In this document: piece after piece, positions 31,821 through 41,923 of the stretch | How positions within the stretch are numbered: the first letter of the stretch is position 1 | How the letters are laid out: the number at the start of each line of letters is the position of its first letter | NCBI GenBank assembly: GCA_050253415.1 | Contig: JBFWJC010000001.1 | Coordinates: forward strand, 1,416,679 to 1,480,678 | DNA: 64,000 nt | Direction of reading: 5' to 3' | Origin: Pedobacter sp. | Lineage (GTDB): Bacteria; Desulfobacterota; Desulfuromonadia; Desulfuromonadales; Syntrophotaleaceae | Notes under the pieces: model-generated | Databases searched by the model: none | The model's input: only the letters and a program-made list of their open reading frames with translations | What the model was told of the DNA's origin: nothing | Translations under genes and position numbers: made by a program

Positions 31821-33254
31821 GTGGCAGAACACAAGAAAAAAGAACGGCGCATGGTCAATGAAATCCTCGAATTGCTGGTTACCCATTACGGTGGCGGGTT
31901 GAGCGAGGAAGAACTCGACCGTGGCATAACCGACTTTCAACGCGCCATTGCTATCGCTTCGCGGGCACACGAGGGTCAGCTGCGTAAGTCCGGCGAACCA
32001 TTTTTTATCCATCCTTTGCGCGTCGCTCATCAAGCTGCGCGGCATTGGATGGATTTTTCCTCGGTAATCGCCGCAGTGCTGCATGACGTGGTCGAGGATA
32101 CACCCATGACCCTGTCTGAGGTGGAGAAGGCTTTCGGTTCCGAGGTGGCGCGGCTGGTCAACGGTCTGACCAAGGTTTCCTCTGAAAAACTCAGTCGCGA
32201 GGCTCTAAAGGCACAGACCTATCGCAAACAACTGTTGTTGGCCATTGAGGATGTGCGGGTGCTTTGTCTTAAATTCTGGGACCGCATTGACAACCTGCAG
32301 ACCATCCAGGCGCTCGATCCGGGAAAACAGGCGCTTATCGCCAAAGAAACCCGTGCGGTTTATGTCCCTTTGGCAAGGCATCTGGGTATGGGATATGTAG
32401 CCTCTCATATGGAAGCGCTTTCCCTGAGCATTTTGTATCCGGCCCGGGCCAGTCGGTATCGGCGAGTTGTGCAGGTCTTACGCATGCAGATCGAACCGCA
32501 ACTGCGTCAGATTCGCGCCAACTTCCGCCAGGCCTTTGAGCATTACCGCCAATCGCCGACCATGAAAGATCGCTGGCGCCCCTTTTCCATCGATGCTACC
32601 CGTACCATGGGGCGCGGTATCTCCGCACTCTATACGCTGGAGATTCAGGTGGCTCGTACCATGGATGCGTATCTGGCTCTCGGGGTGGTACATGAGTTGT
32701 ATAATGCGATCCCAGGCAAGCTTCGCGATCATCTCACTATTCCATCCCCTTTTGGTTACCAGGCATTGAAAACCACCGTGCAGGCCGGCGAAATTCGTTT
32801 GCGGGTGGAGATTACCACTCACAAGCTGGCGCGTTTCAACGAATCCGGCGTACTCACTCCCGGGTTTGAGTTCCGCAAGGAAAACTTCCAGGAGCTGATG
32901 AAGTCGCTGCTGGAAGGGGAGGCGGCATTCGATACCGAAAGTCTGCGACTTGCTGCATCCACCATTCAGGTTTACACCCCCAAGGGCGATATCTGTACCC
33001 TGCCGGCCGGCAGCAGTGCCCTCGATTTTGCCTTCGCCATCCATGAGAAAGTCGGGTTGTTTGCCTGGCGGGCCCGCGTCAACGGCCAGACCCGGCAACT
33101 GAAGTCACGTCTTATGGATGGAGACCAGGTCGAGATCGAACGTGGTATGAATCCCATGGTCCTGCCCAAATGGTTGGAATGGGCGGTAACGCCCCGTGCT
33201 CATAATCATATTCGTCGCTATTTGCGCACCCGGGTGCAGGATGGCGGCGCCTAA
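31821..33254 (+). CDS. Short RelA/SpoT homolog: HD hydrolase + degenerate synthetase + TGS
   Basis: [42 protein letters not shown]...[12 protein letters not shown]; no ACT/ZFD C-terminus. Confidence 0.85.
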   Translation: MAEHKKKERRMVNEILELLVTHYGGGLSEEELDRGITDFQRAIAIASRAHEGQLRKSGEPFFIHPLRVAHQAARHWMDFSSVIAAVLHDVVEDTPMTLSEVEKAFGSEVARLVNGLTKVSSEKLSREALKAQTYRKQLLLAIEDVRVLCLKFWDRIDNLQTIQALDPGKQALIAKETRAVYVPLARHLGMGYVASHMEALSLSILYPARASRYRRVVQVLRMQIEPQLRQIRANFRQAFEHYRQSPTMKDRWRPFSIDATRTMGRGISALYTLEIQVARTMDAYLALGVVHELYNAIPGKLRDHLTIPSPFGYQALKTTVQAGEIRLRVEITTHKLARFNESGVLTPGFEFRKENFQELMKSLLEGEAAFDTESLRLAASTIQVYTPKGDICTLPAGSSALDFAFAIHEKVGLFAWRARVNGQTRQLKSRLMDGDQVEIERGMNPMVLPKWLEWAVTPRAHNHIRRYLRTRVQDGGA

Positions 33255-33291
33255 GGTTCGCTCAGTGCGGCAAGTCTCCGGGAGATACGGT

Positions 33292-33708
33292 ATGAAAAGT
33301 TTTCGCAGGGAATTGTGGTTCGAGGTGCCGCAGCGACGCGCCTTTATTAATATCACCAGTGATGTGCAACGCTGCCTGGATGAAAGTGGCATTCAGGAAG
33401 GGTTGGCCCTGGTCAACGCCATGCATATTACCGCCTCGGTGTTTATCAACGACGACGAACCTGGCTTGCATCACGATTTTGAACGTTGGTTGGAACAACT
33501 GGCGCCGCATGAACCGGTTGGCCACTATCGGCATAATATTGGTGAAGACAACGCCGATGGACATCTTAAACGCCAGATTATGGGGCGTGAAGTGGTGGTG
33601 GCCATCACCGATGGTCAATTGGATTTCGGCCCCTGGGAACAGATTTTTTACGGTGAATTCGATGGCGGCCGGCGTAAAAGGGTGCTGGTTAAACTGATCG
33701 GGGAATAA
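33292..33708 (+). CDS. yjbQ: YjbQ/UPF0047 family protein
   Basis: [40 protein letters not shown]. Confidence 0.92.
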   Translation: MKSFRRELWFEVPQRRAFINITSDVQRCLDESGIQEGLALVNAMHITASVFINDDEPGLHHDFERWLEQLAPHEPVGHYRHNIGEDNADGHLKRQIMGREVVVAITDGQLDFGPWEQIFYGEFDGGRRKRVLVKLIGE

Positions 33709-33745
33709 GTTTTCAGTGTGATTGATGTCAGAGGTTTTGAACCCA

Positions 33746-33787
33746 TGACAAATGACCGATGACGACGGACCATTGATAAATGACAAG
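33746..33787. repeat. Degenerate heptamer tandem array (TGACAAA-like x6)
   Basis: tgacaaa tgaccga tgacgac ggaccat tgataaa tgacaag, with 7-nt periodicity. Confidence 0.55.
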
Positions 33788-33815
33788 GCCCCGCGGCGTA
33801 ACCCGCGGGGCCTTG
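33784..33815. terminator. GC-rich hairpin between convergent genes
   Basis: CAAGGCCCCGCGG-loop-CCGCGGGGCCTTG. Confidence 0.65.
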
Positions 33816-33822
33816 GAATACA

Positions 33823-34644
33823 TCATGATTCCTGTTGTTTGGTTGGCTGAACATGCGGCTTTTTGGCAGGCCGGCTGGCATAGATGAGGATCTTCTGGTC
33901 GGTGAAGCTTTCCACCTCCCCGGCGAAGGTTTCCACCTGGAAGAAATCCTGGATTTTCCCGGATGCTTCGATGAAAAGCTTGTTGAGCCTTTGCACGCCC
34001 TCGCGGTTCAAGCCGGTTCGCCGTGCCCATTCTTGAAATTCGTGGGTTTTGGGAATGACCTTGATGTCGTGCAGGATGAAGTCGGCGGCTTCCACCATCG
34101 TTGACCAATCCTGTTTTGTATAGGCGCGGACATGGGTGGGGTCGCGCATCTGCTCGTAGGTGTGCATGAACTCGGCGATTTCCGGGTCGTCCGGCAGTAG
34201 CGTATCGATGATGGCCATGCGGCCACCACGGCGCAGTACCCGGTGGAATTCGCCCAGTGCCCGCGGCACATCCGGAAAGTGGTGTGGGGCGATGCGGCAC
34301 GTCAGTAAAGTGAAGGCACCGGCCGGGAATGGCAGGTCCTCGGCATCGGCTTCCCGGAAGGTGACGTTTTCGACACCCCCTTCTTCGCTGATGAATTCCT
34401 GGGCCCGTTTTAACATTTGCATGGCCAGGTCCGAAGCCACCACGCTACGTACCATCGGAGCGAAAAACAGGGCGGAGTGCCCTCCACCACAGGCGACATC
34501 CAGCAGGATGTCATCCTGCGTAGGCTGCAGGAGCCGTGCGGCTTCCTCCAGATCGATGCCCTGGGAAAACCCGGGGCTCTGGACGTAGCTTTCGGCCGTG
34601 CGGCTGAATTGTTCCCTGACTTTATCCTTGAAATTCTTGGACAT
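33823..34644 (-). CDS. Class I SAM-dependent methyltransferase (UbiE-like fold)
   Basis: LLDVACGGGH, DAEDLPF, CRIAPHHFPD, RVLRRGG, RDPTH. Confidence 0.88.
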   Translation of the reverse strand: MSKNFKDKVREQFSRTAESYVQSPGFSQGIDLEEAARLLQPTQDDILLDVACGGGHSALFFAPMVRSVVASDLAMQMLKRAQEFISEEGGVENVTFREADAEDLPFPAGAFTLLTCRIAPHHFPDVPRALGEFHRVLRRGGRMAIIDTLLPDDPEIAEFMHTYEQMRDPTHVRAYTKQDWSTMVEAADFILHDIKVIPKTHEFQEWARRTGLNREGVQRLNKLFIEASGKIQDFFQVETFAGEVESFTDQKILIYASRPAKKPHVQPTKQQES

Positions 34645-34745
34645 TCATTTCTCCTGGAATGAATCGATTATATCACCCTTGCAGGGGGTTGTCCCGAGTG
34701 AAGTTCACTTGATGGGGACAGGCCGCGCGGAGGATGGAGGATAGC

Positions 34746-35696
34746 ATGAACAGGATCGCTTTGGGAAGTACCGGTTTGCATGTTCACCCCCTGGTTTTTG
34801 GAACATTGTCCATGGGGCCATTACAGGCAGGGTTGTCTGCAACCCAAGGTGCGCGATTGATCCGTGCGGCACTGGAGGGGGGAGTTAACTTGCTCGATAC
34901 GGCTGAACTGTATCAGACCTATCCCCATATCCGGCAAGCTTTGGTCGGTTATACAGGTGAGGTGCTCATCGCGACCAAAACCCATACCCGCGATGCCGGC
35001 GAAGCCCTGCGCCATGTGGAAAAAGCGCTGCGGGAGCTGGGGCGTGATTGTCTCGATATCGTATTGCTGCATGCCATGCAAACCGACGATCCCTTTGCCG
35101 AACGGGGTCCCGTGCTCGAGGTTTTGCTGCGCCTTCGTGATGCCGGGCACATCCGCCATCTTGGATTGTCCACTCATTATATCACCGGTGTGCGTGGTGC
35201 AATGGGTTGCGCGGATCTGGAGGTTGTTCATCCGCTTATCAACCGGGAAGGGTTGGGCATCATGGACGGCAGTGCAGCCCAGATGGCTGCGGCCATTGCG
35301 CAAGCGGCAAAGGCAGGGAAAGGTGTTTATGCCATGAAGGCTTTGGGGGGTGGCAATCTGATCGCACATGCCCGTGCCAGTTTGCGCTATGTTCAGCAGC
35401 TTCCCGGGGTTCATGCAGTGGCAATCGGCATGCTATCGGAACAGGAAATCCTGGCCAATCTTGCTTTGCTTGAGGGCCGTCTCTGCTCCGATGACGTTTG
35501 GCAGCCCCTCGAGAGCCGGCGCCGGCGACTCAAGATCATGGCTCCTTTTTGCAAGGGCTGCGGCGACTGCCTTGAGGCCTGCCCGGCAAACGCTCTGACG
35601 GTCAGTGAAGGTGTCGCCCGGGTCGATGCCGAGCGATGCGTTTTATGCGGTTACTGTGCCGCGGCCTGCCCTCATTTCCTGATTCGCGTTCTGTAG
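34746..35696 (+). CDS. Aldo/keto reductase with C-terminal 2x[4Fe-4S] ferredoxin domain
   Basis: LDTAELY, IATK, LDIVLLH, IRHLGLSTH, AMKALGGG; CKGCGDC...CP and CVLCGYC...CP. Confidence 0.88.
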   Translation: MNRIALGSTGLHVHPLVFGTLSMGPLQAGLSATQGARLIRAALEGGVNLLDTAELYQTYPHIRQALVGYTGEVLIATKTHTRDAGEALRHVEKALRELGRDCLDIVLLHAMQTDDPFAERGPVLEVLLRLRDAGHIRHLGLSTHYITGVRGAMGCADLEVVHPLINREGLGIMDGSAAQMAAAIAQAAKAGKGVYAMKALGGGNLIAHARASLRYVQQLPGVHAVAIGMLSEQEILANLALLEGRLCSDDVWQPLESRRRRLKIMAPFCKGCGDCLEACPANALTVSEGVARVDAERCVLCGYCAAACPHFLIRVL

Positions 35697-35722
35697 AGGG
35701 TGGGGTGTGCGATCGCCGTATT

Positions 35723-36376
35723 TTAGTTGCTATTGTTGGCGTTTTCCTCTTCGGCGGTTGCCTTGTCGAGCCAGGCGACAATGTCTCTCAGTACATCCCG
35801 GTGTCCCGGTGGAATGTCATCCATCTGCTCCAGCGTGTCGGTCAGACGGCGCGCGGCGGATAGCGCCTGTTTGCAAAGCCGATGGCGTTCCTTGCCATCG
35901 GGTGCCGGTTCGGGAGCCAGGCTTTTAAAGCATTTGACGGCGGTGGGGTGGCTGCGTTCCTGATCGATAACCGTTTCACGCAGTGCAGCGTAGTCTTCAT
36001 CCGAGAAAGAATGCTCTTCTCTCGCCTGGCGCAGCAGGTCGATGCTGCGGTAGTCAGGCACCGATTGCAACGGCGATTGTTCCGCCAGCAGTTGAGGTTC
36101 TTCCCGGCTGATAAAACGGTAAGCCTGGGTCAGCTTCTGCGCGGTCGGTTTGCGAATACGGATTTCCTTCTGGCAATATTCTTCGAAAGAGGCATAGCCC
36201 CAATGCTGATAGAGAGAGCCTTGGTTGACGCGCAACAGTTCTTCTCCCAGTTGCACCCAGGACGATTTGAAGCGACGGGCCACATCGAGGACACGATAGC
36301 GGTCGGAGCCGGGTTCGAGTTGCCCCATGATGGTTTCGATATGGGATTCTGCGGGGGATTTGAGATTATCATTCAT
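35723..36376 (-). CDS. Hypothetical protein
   Basis: 217 aa helical ORF with W.QLGE.L...WGY.SFEEYC..E..I pattern; no function recognised. Confidence 0.7.
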   Translation of the reverse strand: MNDNLKSPAESHIETIMGQLEPGSDRYRVLDVARRFKSSWVQLGEELLRVNQGSLYQHWGYASFEEYCQKEIRIRKPTAQKLTQAYRFISREEPQLLAEQSPLQSVPDYRSIDLLRQAREEHSFSDEDYAALRETVIDQERSHPTAVKCFKSLAPEPAPDGKERHRLCKQALSAARRLTDTLEQMDDIPPGHRDVLRDIVAWLDKATAEEENANNSN

Positions 36377-36612
36377 TGTTTATGCCTTTGTCGGGGGAGT
36401 CTTTTTGCCTGCCCGGATTATACACGAATCGCCCGCTTTTTGGACTAAACGATAGGATGCACAGCGGGCTTGTCGAATCGGGCGTTGGCGGTTAGAATAG
36501 CGCCCTTCGCCATGAGCTTGGCGGATTCGCTTGCCACATTGCAAAAATTCTGGTTTTCGATCCGGAAACCTTGGATAAAAAAACCGCTGTATTTCACAAG
36601 GATAGAGTCTGT

Positions 36613-37809
36613 ATGAAAAAACCTGCTTTTATCGTCGGTCCGCAAACAGTGCAAATGCTGCAACTTGGCCACCCCTGGGTTCTCTCCGACCGCTATACAA
36701 AACAATGGCCCAAGGGGCGCAACGGTGACCTGGTTCGACTTGCCGACGAGGGTGGCCGCACTCTGGCCATGGCTCTGCTTGATCCCGACGACCGGATTGT
36801 GGCGCGGGTGCTTGAATTTGGCCCCATGGAGCTGGACCAGCCTTGGATTGATGCCAAGGTGCAGCAGGCTCTCGACCTGCGGCAGCGTCATCTGGACCTT
36901 GCCGATACCAACGCTTATCGCTTGATCAATGGCGAAGGGGACTTTTTGCCGGGCCTTACTGTGGATCGGTATGGCGACTATCTGATGGTTCAGCTTTTCA
37001 GCCGAAGCTGGCGGCCGCACCTGCCGATGCTGGTTTCCGCTCTGCAAAAGGCCCTTCAGCCGGTGGGCATATATGAAAAATTTCGCCCGCAGCAAACCCG
37101 CAAGCTGGCTGACAAGCCCAAGCAATTGAGCAAGCTGTTGTGGGGGAAGCCCGTTGCCGGCCGCTTGTCGGTGCTAGAAAACGGTTTGACCCTGTTGGTC
37201 GACCTGGAAGAAGGCCTCAATACAGGTCTTTTCGGAGACCAGCGGGAGAACCGGCGGGACCTGATGGCGCGCGCTCCTGGCGTCAAGGTGCTGAACCTGT
37301 TTGCTTATACCGGCGCATTTTCGGTGGCCGCGGCGGTTGCCGGCGCTACCCGGGTCACGAGTGTCGATGCCTCGGCGCAGTATCTGGAATGGGCCCGCGA
37401 AAATTTTGCTGCCAATCGCCTCAATCCCAAGCGCCATGACTTCCTGGTCGGAGATTGCCGCAATGTATTGCAGGACCTTCGGCGTCAGGGACGAACCTTC
37501 GATATTATTATCATGGATCCGCCGAGCTTTTCCACTGTCGGCAAGAGTCGCTTTACCACCAGTGGTGGCACCTCCGACCTGGTGACCGAGGCCTTGCCGC
37601 TGCTGGAGGCAGGCGGGCTTCTGATTACCTCATCCAACCACCAGAAGGTCGATCTGGCCGATTATCTCAAGGAATTGCGCCGCGGTGCTCTGGCTGCCGG
37701 TTCGACCTTGCGGGTTATTGCCAATTTAGGCCAGGCAGGCGATTTCCCCTATCCGGTAACCTTTCCGGAGGGACGCTATCTTAAATATCTGATCAGCGTC
37801 AAAGGTTAA
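36613..37809 (+). CDS. RlmI/RlmK-like rRNA methyltransferase (PUA + class I SAM)
   Basis: GHPWV, RLINGEGDFLPGLTVDRYG, TGLF.DQRENR, VLNLFAYTG.FS, DPPSF. Confidence 0.9.
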   Translation: MKKPAFIVGPQTVQMLQLGHPWVLSDRYTKQWPKGRNGDLVRLADEGGRTLAMALLDPDDRIVARVLEFGPMELDQPWIDAKVQQALDLRQRHLDLADTNAYRLINGEGDFLPGLTVDRYGDYLMVQLFSRSWRPHLPMLVSALQKALQPVGIYEKFRPQQTRKLADKPKQLSKLLWGKPVAGRLSVLENGLTLLVDLEEGLNTGLFGDQRENRRDLMARAPGVKVLNLFAYTGAFSVAAAVAGATRVTSVDASAQYLEWARENFAANRLNPKRHDFLVGDCRNVLQDLRRQGRTFDIIIMDPPSFSTVGKSRFTTSGGTSDLVTEALPLLEAGGLLITSSNHQKVDLADYLKELRRGALAAGSTLRVIANLGQAGDFPYPVTFPEGRYLKYLISVKG

Positions 37810-37832
37810 GGGCGTAACTCCGCTAATTAGAA

Positions 37833-37871
37833 CGCAGGTGGTCTCTTCGGTATGCCGGGAGACCACCTGCG
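37833..37871. terminator. Hairpin between convergent genes
   Basis: CGCAGGTGGTCTC...GAGACCACCTGCG inverted repeat. Confidence 0.65.
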
Positions 37872-37912
37872 GTTGTGTGCTGTTACGGAATGGTTGTCGT
37901 TACGTCTGTCCG

Positions 37913-38425
37913 TCAATCGATGATGGTGATGCGCTCGATGAGGATCGATTCGACCGGCACATCCCGATGTCCGCTGTGGCTACCGGTAGCTACCTGCTGA
38001 ATAGCATCGACTGTTTCCATGCCATCGATGACTTTGCCGAAAACGGCGTAACCGAAGGCCGCAGGGGTCGGAGACTGGTGATTGAGAAAATCATTGTCCA
38101 CGGTATTGATGAAAAACTGAGCCGTTGCGCTATCCACGATCTGGGTACGGGCCATGGCGATAGTGCCACGCTTGTTAGGTAATCCGTTGCCGGCCTCATT
38201 CTTGATCGGGGCCCGGGTCGCCTTGCTTTCCATGTTGGCGTTCATGCCGCCGCCCTGGATCATGAAGCCGGGGATAACGCGGTGGAAGATGGTGTTTTCG
38301 TAAAAGCCGCTTTTTGCATATTCGATAAAGTTTGCTACGGTAACGGGGGCTTTTTCGATGTCGAGCTCGATGGTAATGGGACCCATGGAAGTTTCGATGC
38401 GTGCGACGGGGTTGGTATGACTCAT
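37913..38425 (-). CDS. Cyclophilin-type peptidyl-prolyl isomerase (PpiA/PpiB-like)
   Basis: [44 protein letters not shown]. Confidence 0.95.
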   Translation of the reverse strand: MSHTNPVARIETSMGPITIELDIEKAPVTVANFIEYAKSGFYENTIFHRVIPGFMIQGGGMNANMESKATRAPIKNEAGNGLPNKRGTIAMARTQIVDSATAQFFINTVDNDFLNHQSPTPAAFGYAVFGKVIDGMETVDAIQQVATGSHSGHRDVPVESILIERITIID

Positions 38426-38552
38426 AAGATTTGCTCCTGTATTATTTTTTCAGTAGGTCCGGTCAAAAGTGCGCCGGGAGGCTGGCTGTATAGCATGGAA
38501 GAGGCTATTTTTCAAGTTTTAAAGAAACCCGTTTGCTAAAAAGGATGGCGCA

Positions 38553-39809
38553 ATGAAGTCTATGCTGATGGTGGGAGTGTTGTTGCTTTTGCTTGCGGGC
38601 CATAACACGGTATCTGCCGGAACTGACGATCCCGTGCCTGTCCAACCGGATATGACTCTGGCGCAACTGGCCCATGCGCACAATATTCGCGGTGGGGATC
38701 TTGCCGAAGCCTTGGGGTTGGCCCGCCAGGTCGACAAACAACGTACTTTGCAGGATCTTGGCGTGAACCTGCAGGATGCACAAAGGATCCTTTCCTCTTC
38801 CAGCGCCGTTGACAGAGGTGCCGGGAGTGGCTTACGCCAGGGAAAAGGTGGCGGTGAGGGCCGAGGTCATGGGCGCGGTCGAAATGCCGACCTCGGTGGC
38901 GGCGGGCATCAGGAGCGGGAAGCTGTTGCGGACAGCTATAATTATCTCCTGTGGCCGGTATTTCTGGCAGGCGCATTGTGGTGGTTGCTGCGTGGCGGAC
39001 GCATGGAGAATGGCAGCTTGCTGCCCGTCAACAAGCGCTATCGTCCCGTGGGGTTTCACGCTGCCCTGGTGCTGGTGGTGTTGTTTTTCGGATTTGCCAG
39101 CGGCAAGTCGCCCAACCCCATGGAAGGGCTGGTCAAGTTCGTCAAGGCTTTGGCGGGGTTTTATGACGATCCCTGGGTGAAACTCTGCTTCCTGCTGTTT
39201 TTTACGGTTTTGGCATTGCTGGGGACCAAGCTGGTATGCGGTTGGGGGTGTCCTTTCGGAGCCCTGCAGGAACTTATCTACGATCTGCCGGTGTTGCAGC
39301 GTAGCAAAAAGCTACGGCTGCCATTCGTTTTTACGATGAGCGTGCGCACGTTGCTGTTTGTGCTGTTCCTGTTTTTTATCTCCGGCCTTGCCGGTTCCAA
39401 ATGGGTTTTGTACCACGGCATTAATCCGTTTAACCTGTTCGGCTTCGAGTTCAGCCAAGCTTCCATGGCTATTTCAACAGGAGTGTTTCTGCTGTTGTCG
39501 GTTGCCGTTTACCGACCTTTTTGTCAGTTGGTGTGTCCCTTCGGCTGGTATGCCTGGTTTCTGGAAAAGATCAGCCTGACCGGCGTCCGTATCGATCGTA
39601 AGGCCTGCACCGCATGCGGGGCCTGCGACCGGGCTTGCCCCGTGGAGGCTGCCCATGACCGTCTGGCATGCAAAACCTGGCCGGCGGAGTGTTTTTCCTG
39701 TGCCCGCTGCCTGAGGGTATGTCCGGTCGATGCGATTGACTATGGGCCGCGCTGGCGCAAAAAAAGTGAGCCTGGTTATCCATCTTGCTCAGACAGACAA
39801 TCCTCCTGA
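38553..39809 (+). CDS. Membrane 4Fe-4S binding protein (NapH/YccM-like)
   Basis: Signal-like N-terminus, Gly-rich linker, TM helices, CGWGCPFG and FCQLVCPFG, two CxxCxxCxxxCP motifs. Confidence 0.82.
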   Translation: MKSMLMVGVLLLLLAGHNTVSAGTDDPVPVQPDMTLAQLAHAHNIRGGDLAEALGLARQVDKQRTLQDLGVNLQDAQRILSSSSAVDRGAGSGLRQGKGGGEGRGHGRGRNADLGGGGHQEREAVADSYNYLLWPVFLAGALWWLLRGGRMENGSLLPVNKRYRPVGFHAALVLVVLFFGFASGKSPNPMEGLVKFVKALAGFYDDPWVKLCFLLFFTVLALLGTKLVCGWGCPFGALQELIYDLPVLQRSKKLRLPFVFTMSVRTLLFVLFLFFISGLAGSKWVLYHGINPFNLFGFEFSQASMAISTGVFLLLSVAVYRPFCQLVCPFGWYAWFLEKISLTGVRIDRKACTACGACDRACPVEAAHDRLACKTWPAECFSCARCLRVCPVDAIDYGPRWRKKSEPGYPSCSDRQSS

Positions 39810-39864
39810 ACTGATTTAACAGGATTCTTTGGTATCAAAGCTTCTAAGGTGCTGTCGGCAGCGA

Positions 39865-41316
39865 TCAATCTTGCTTGAAGCGGGGCTGGTTTTCCAGTGC
39901 CTTTTGCATGAGCTCGCTGCGCAATTGGTGAAGCTGGGTGCTCATGGCGACCTTGTAGATATGCGGATTGGTCAGGCGGGTGGTGCCTTTGGGCAACAGA
40001 TGAAGTTGCTCGGCACAGCGGTCGGCCATGTCATCCAGCGAAGCGGCGGGCAGGGTGGGTTGCCCATCCTGCATGACGACCTGACGTATTTCCTCAAAAC
40101 GCACCTTCGCTGGAATGATTTTAGTCCGGGACGGATTGGTGGGATCGAATACCGTCATGTTGGGGGCGGGTCTTTCGTGTTCCAGGCAGATGATATCCAG
40201 GCAATACTCTCCGTCGGGCAGTATCGCCCTCCAGAGCCTTTTGCGGTCGGGCAGGGTGGCTTTGGAAATGTCGCTGGTCACTTTCAGTTTTGGCTGATCA
40301 TCGAAGCGAACCAGTTTGTAGACCCCGCCCAGGGCACCACCTCCTTCGCCTCCACAGGTGGCCAGCTGCGTCCCCACTCCATAAATATCGATACACCCGC
40401 CCTCATTGCGGATCGATTGGATAACGGTTTCATCCAGATCACTTGAAGCGACGATCTTTATACCGGGGAACCCTGCCTCATCCAGCATGCGCCGTGCTTC
40501 TCTGCTCAGGTAGGCCATATCCCCGGAATCAAGGCGAATGCCTCTGACCTCATGTCCTTTGGCGCGCAATTCCCGCGCAACGGTGATGGCGTTGGGCACG
40601 CCGCTGGCCAGAGTATCATAGGTGTCGACCAGCAGAATGCACTGGTCGGGAAAACAGTCCGCATAGGCCCGGAATGAACTGAGTTCATCGGGAAACGCCA
40701 TGACCCAGCTATGGGCATGGGTACCCTTGATCGGAATGCCGAATACCTGCCCCGCCCAGGTGTTGCTGGTACTGCGTGCTCCGCCGATAAAGGCGGCCCG
40801 GGCTTCGCTCAAGCCGCCGTCCGGTCCGTGGGCGCGGCGCAATCCGAACTCCACAACCACGCCGGGGCTGGCTACGCTGACGATGCGCGCGGCTTTGGTC
40901 GCGACCAGAGTCTGGAAGTTGATGATGTTGAGCAGGGCGGTTTCCACCAGCTGGGCTTCGGCCAGTTCTCCCTCGACGGTGATCAGCGGTTCGTTGGCAA
41001 ACACGACAGTGCCTTCGGCGGGGGCGGTGACCTTGCAGCGAAAACGGAAGTCTTTCAGGTAGTTAAGGAAGTCCGGTTTGAATATGTCGAGAGTTTTCAG
41101 GTAGGCCAGATCCGCTGCGGTAAATTGCAGTTGCGACAGGTATTCGAGGGCCGGTTGCAGACCCGCGAAGATGGCGTATCCCCCGGTAAACGGGTTGTGG
41201 CGGAAAAACATGTCGAACACTGCCGTTTGCCGGTGCATGCCTTTTTCAAAGTAACCGGCAAGCATGGTCAGTTCGTATAGGTCGGTCAGCAGCGCGGAGT
41301 AGCGGTGAGCAGACAT
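39865..41316 (-). CDS. pncB: Nicotinate phosphoribosyltransferase
   Basis: LLTDLYELTM, EFGLRRA, GTHAHSW, LVDTYD, IRLDSGD, YGVGT, VYKL. Confidence 0.95.
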   Translation of the reverse strand: MSAHRYSALLTDLYELTMLAGYFEKGMHRQTAVFDMFFRHNPFTGGYAIFAGLQPALEYLSQLQFTAADLAYLKTLDIFKPDFLNYLKDFRFRCKVTAPAEGTVVFANEPLITVEGELAEAQLVETALLNIINFQTLVATKAARIVSVASPGVVVEFGLRRAHGPDGGLSEARAAFIGGARSTSNTWAGQVFGIPIKGTHAHSWVMAFPDELSSFRAYADCFPDQCILLVDTYDTLASGVPNAITVARELRAKGHEVRGIRLDSGDMAYLSREARRMLDEAGFPGIKIVASSDLDETVIQSIRNEGGCIDIYGVGTQLATCGGEGGGALGGVYKLVRFDDQPKLKVTSDISKATLPDRKRLWRAILPDGEYCLDIICLEHERPAPNMTVFDPTNPSRTKIIPAKVRFEEIRQVVMQDGQPTLPAASLDDMADRCAEQLHLLPKGTTRLTNPHIYKVAMSTQLHQLRSELMQKALENQPRFKQD

Positions 41317-41424
41317 GGCACCCCCCCCCTTGTGACGGTGGACTGAGATACGCATAAACGAAACTGTTATTTCCATTATAACAACAGTTTCGCTTTCGCC
41401 ATACTCACATCGTCACACCTTCTT

Positions 41425-41910
41425 TCAGGGTTGTGCCACCCGTACCATGCCGGGCTGTAATACCTTGATAAGATCCTGCGGCGTGATGGCGACAAGGAAT
41501 CCGCGCTTACCGCCGTTGATATAGATGACTGGCAATTCGGCGATGGTTTCTTCCATGTAAACCGGCATGGATTTTCGTGTGCCGAAGGGGGAGGTGCCCC
41601 CCACCTGGTATCCGGAGTGACGGTCCGCCGTCTGCGGCGAGCAGGGGGTAATCTGTTTGGTGCCCAACAACCGGGCCAGTTCCTTGGTCGAAATTTCGCA
41701 GTCGCCGTGCATCAGTACGATCAGTGGCTCTTTTTGGTCCGTTTCCAGAATCAGGGTTTTAATCACGGCATGTTCGTCCACCCCCAGCTCCCGGGCGCAG
41801 ACCGCGGTGCCACCATGGTCTTCGTAGGCGTAGAGGTGCCCGGTAAAAGGGATGTCGTGTTGTCGCAGCATACGAATTGCCGGTGTGACCGGGAGTTTTT
41901 GCTTGGCCAT
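41425..41910 (-). CDS. ybaK: Cys-tRNA(Pro) deacylase YbaK/EbsC
   Basis: TPAIR.L, V.KTL, SGYQVGGTSPFG, INGGKRG. Confidence 0.92.
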   Translation of the reverse strand: MAKQKLPVTPAIRMLRQHDIPFTGHLYAYEDHGGTAVCARELGVDEHAVIKTLILETDQKEPLIVLMHGDCEISTKELARLLGTKQITPCSPQTADRHSGYQVGGTSPFGTRKSMPVYMEETIAELPVIYINGGKRGFLVAITPQDLIKVLQPGMVRVAQP

Positions 41911-41923
41911 AAAAAGGTCCGAA

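Noticed and set aside
31674..32084. N-terminal extension of the dksA-like ORF to 264 aa
   Set aside because: It overlaps the RSH gene antisense, and a good SD supports the start at 31673.
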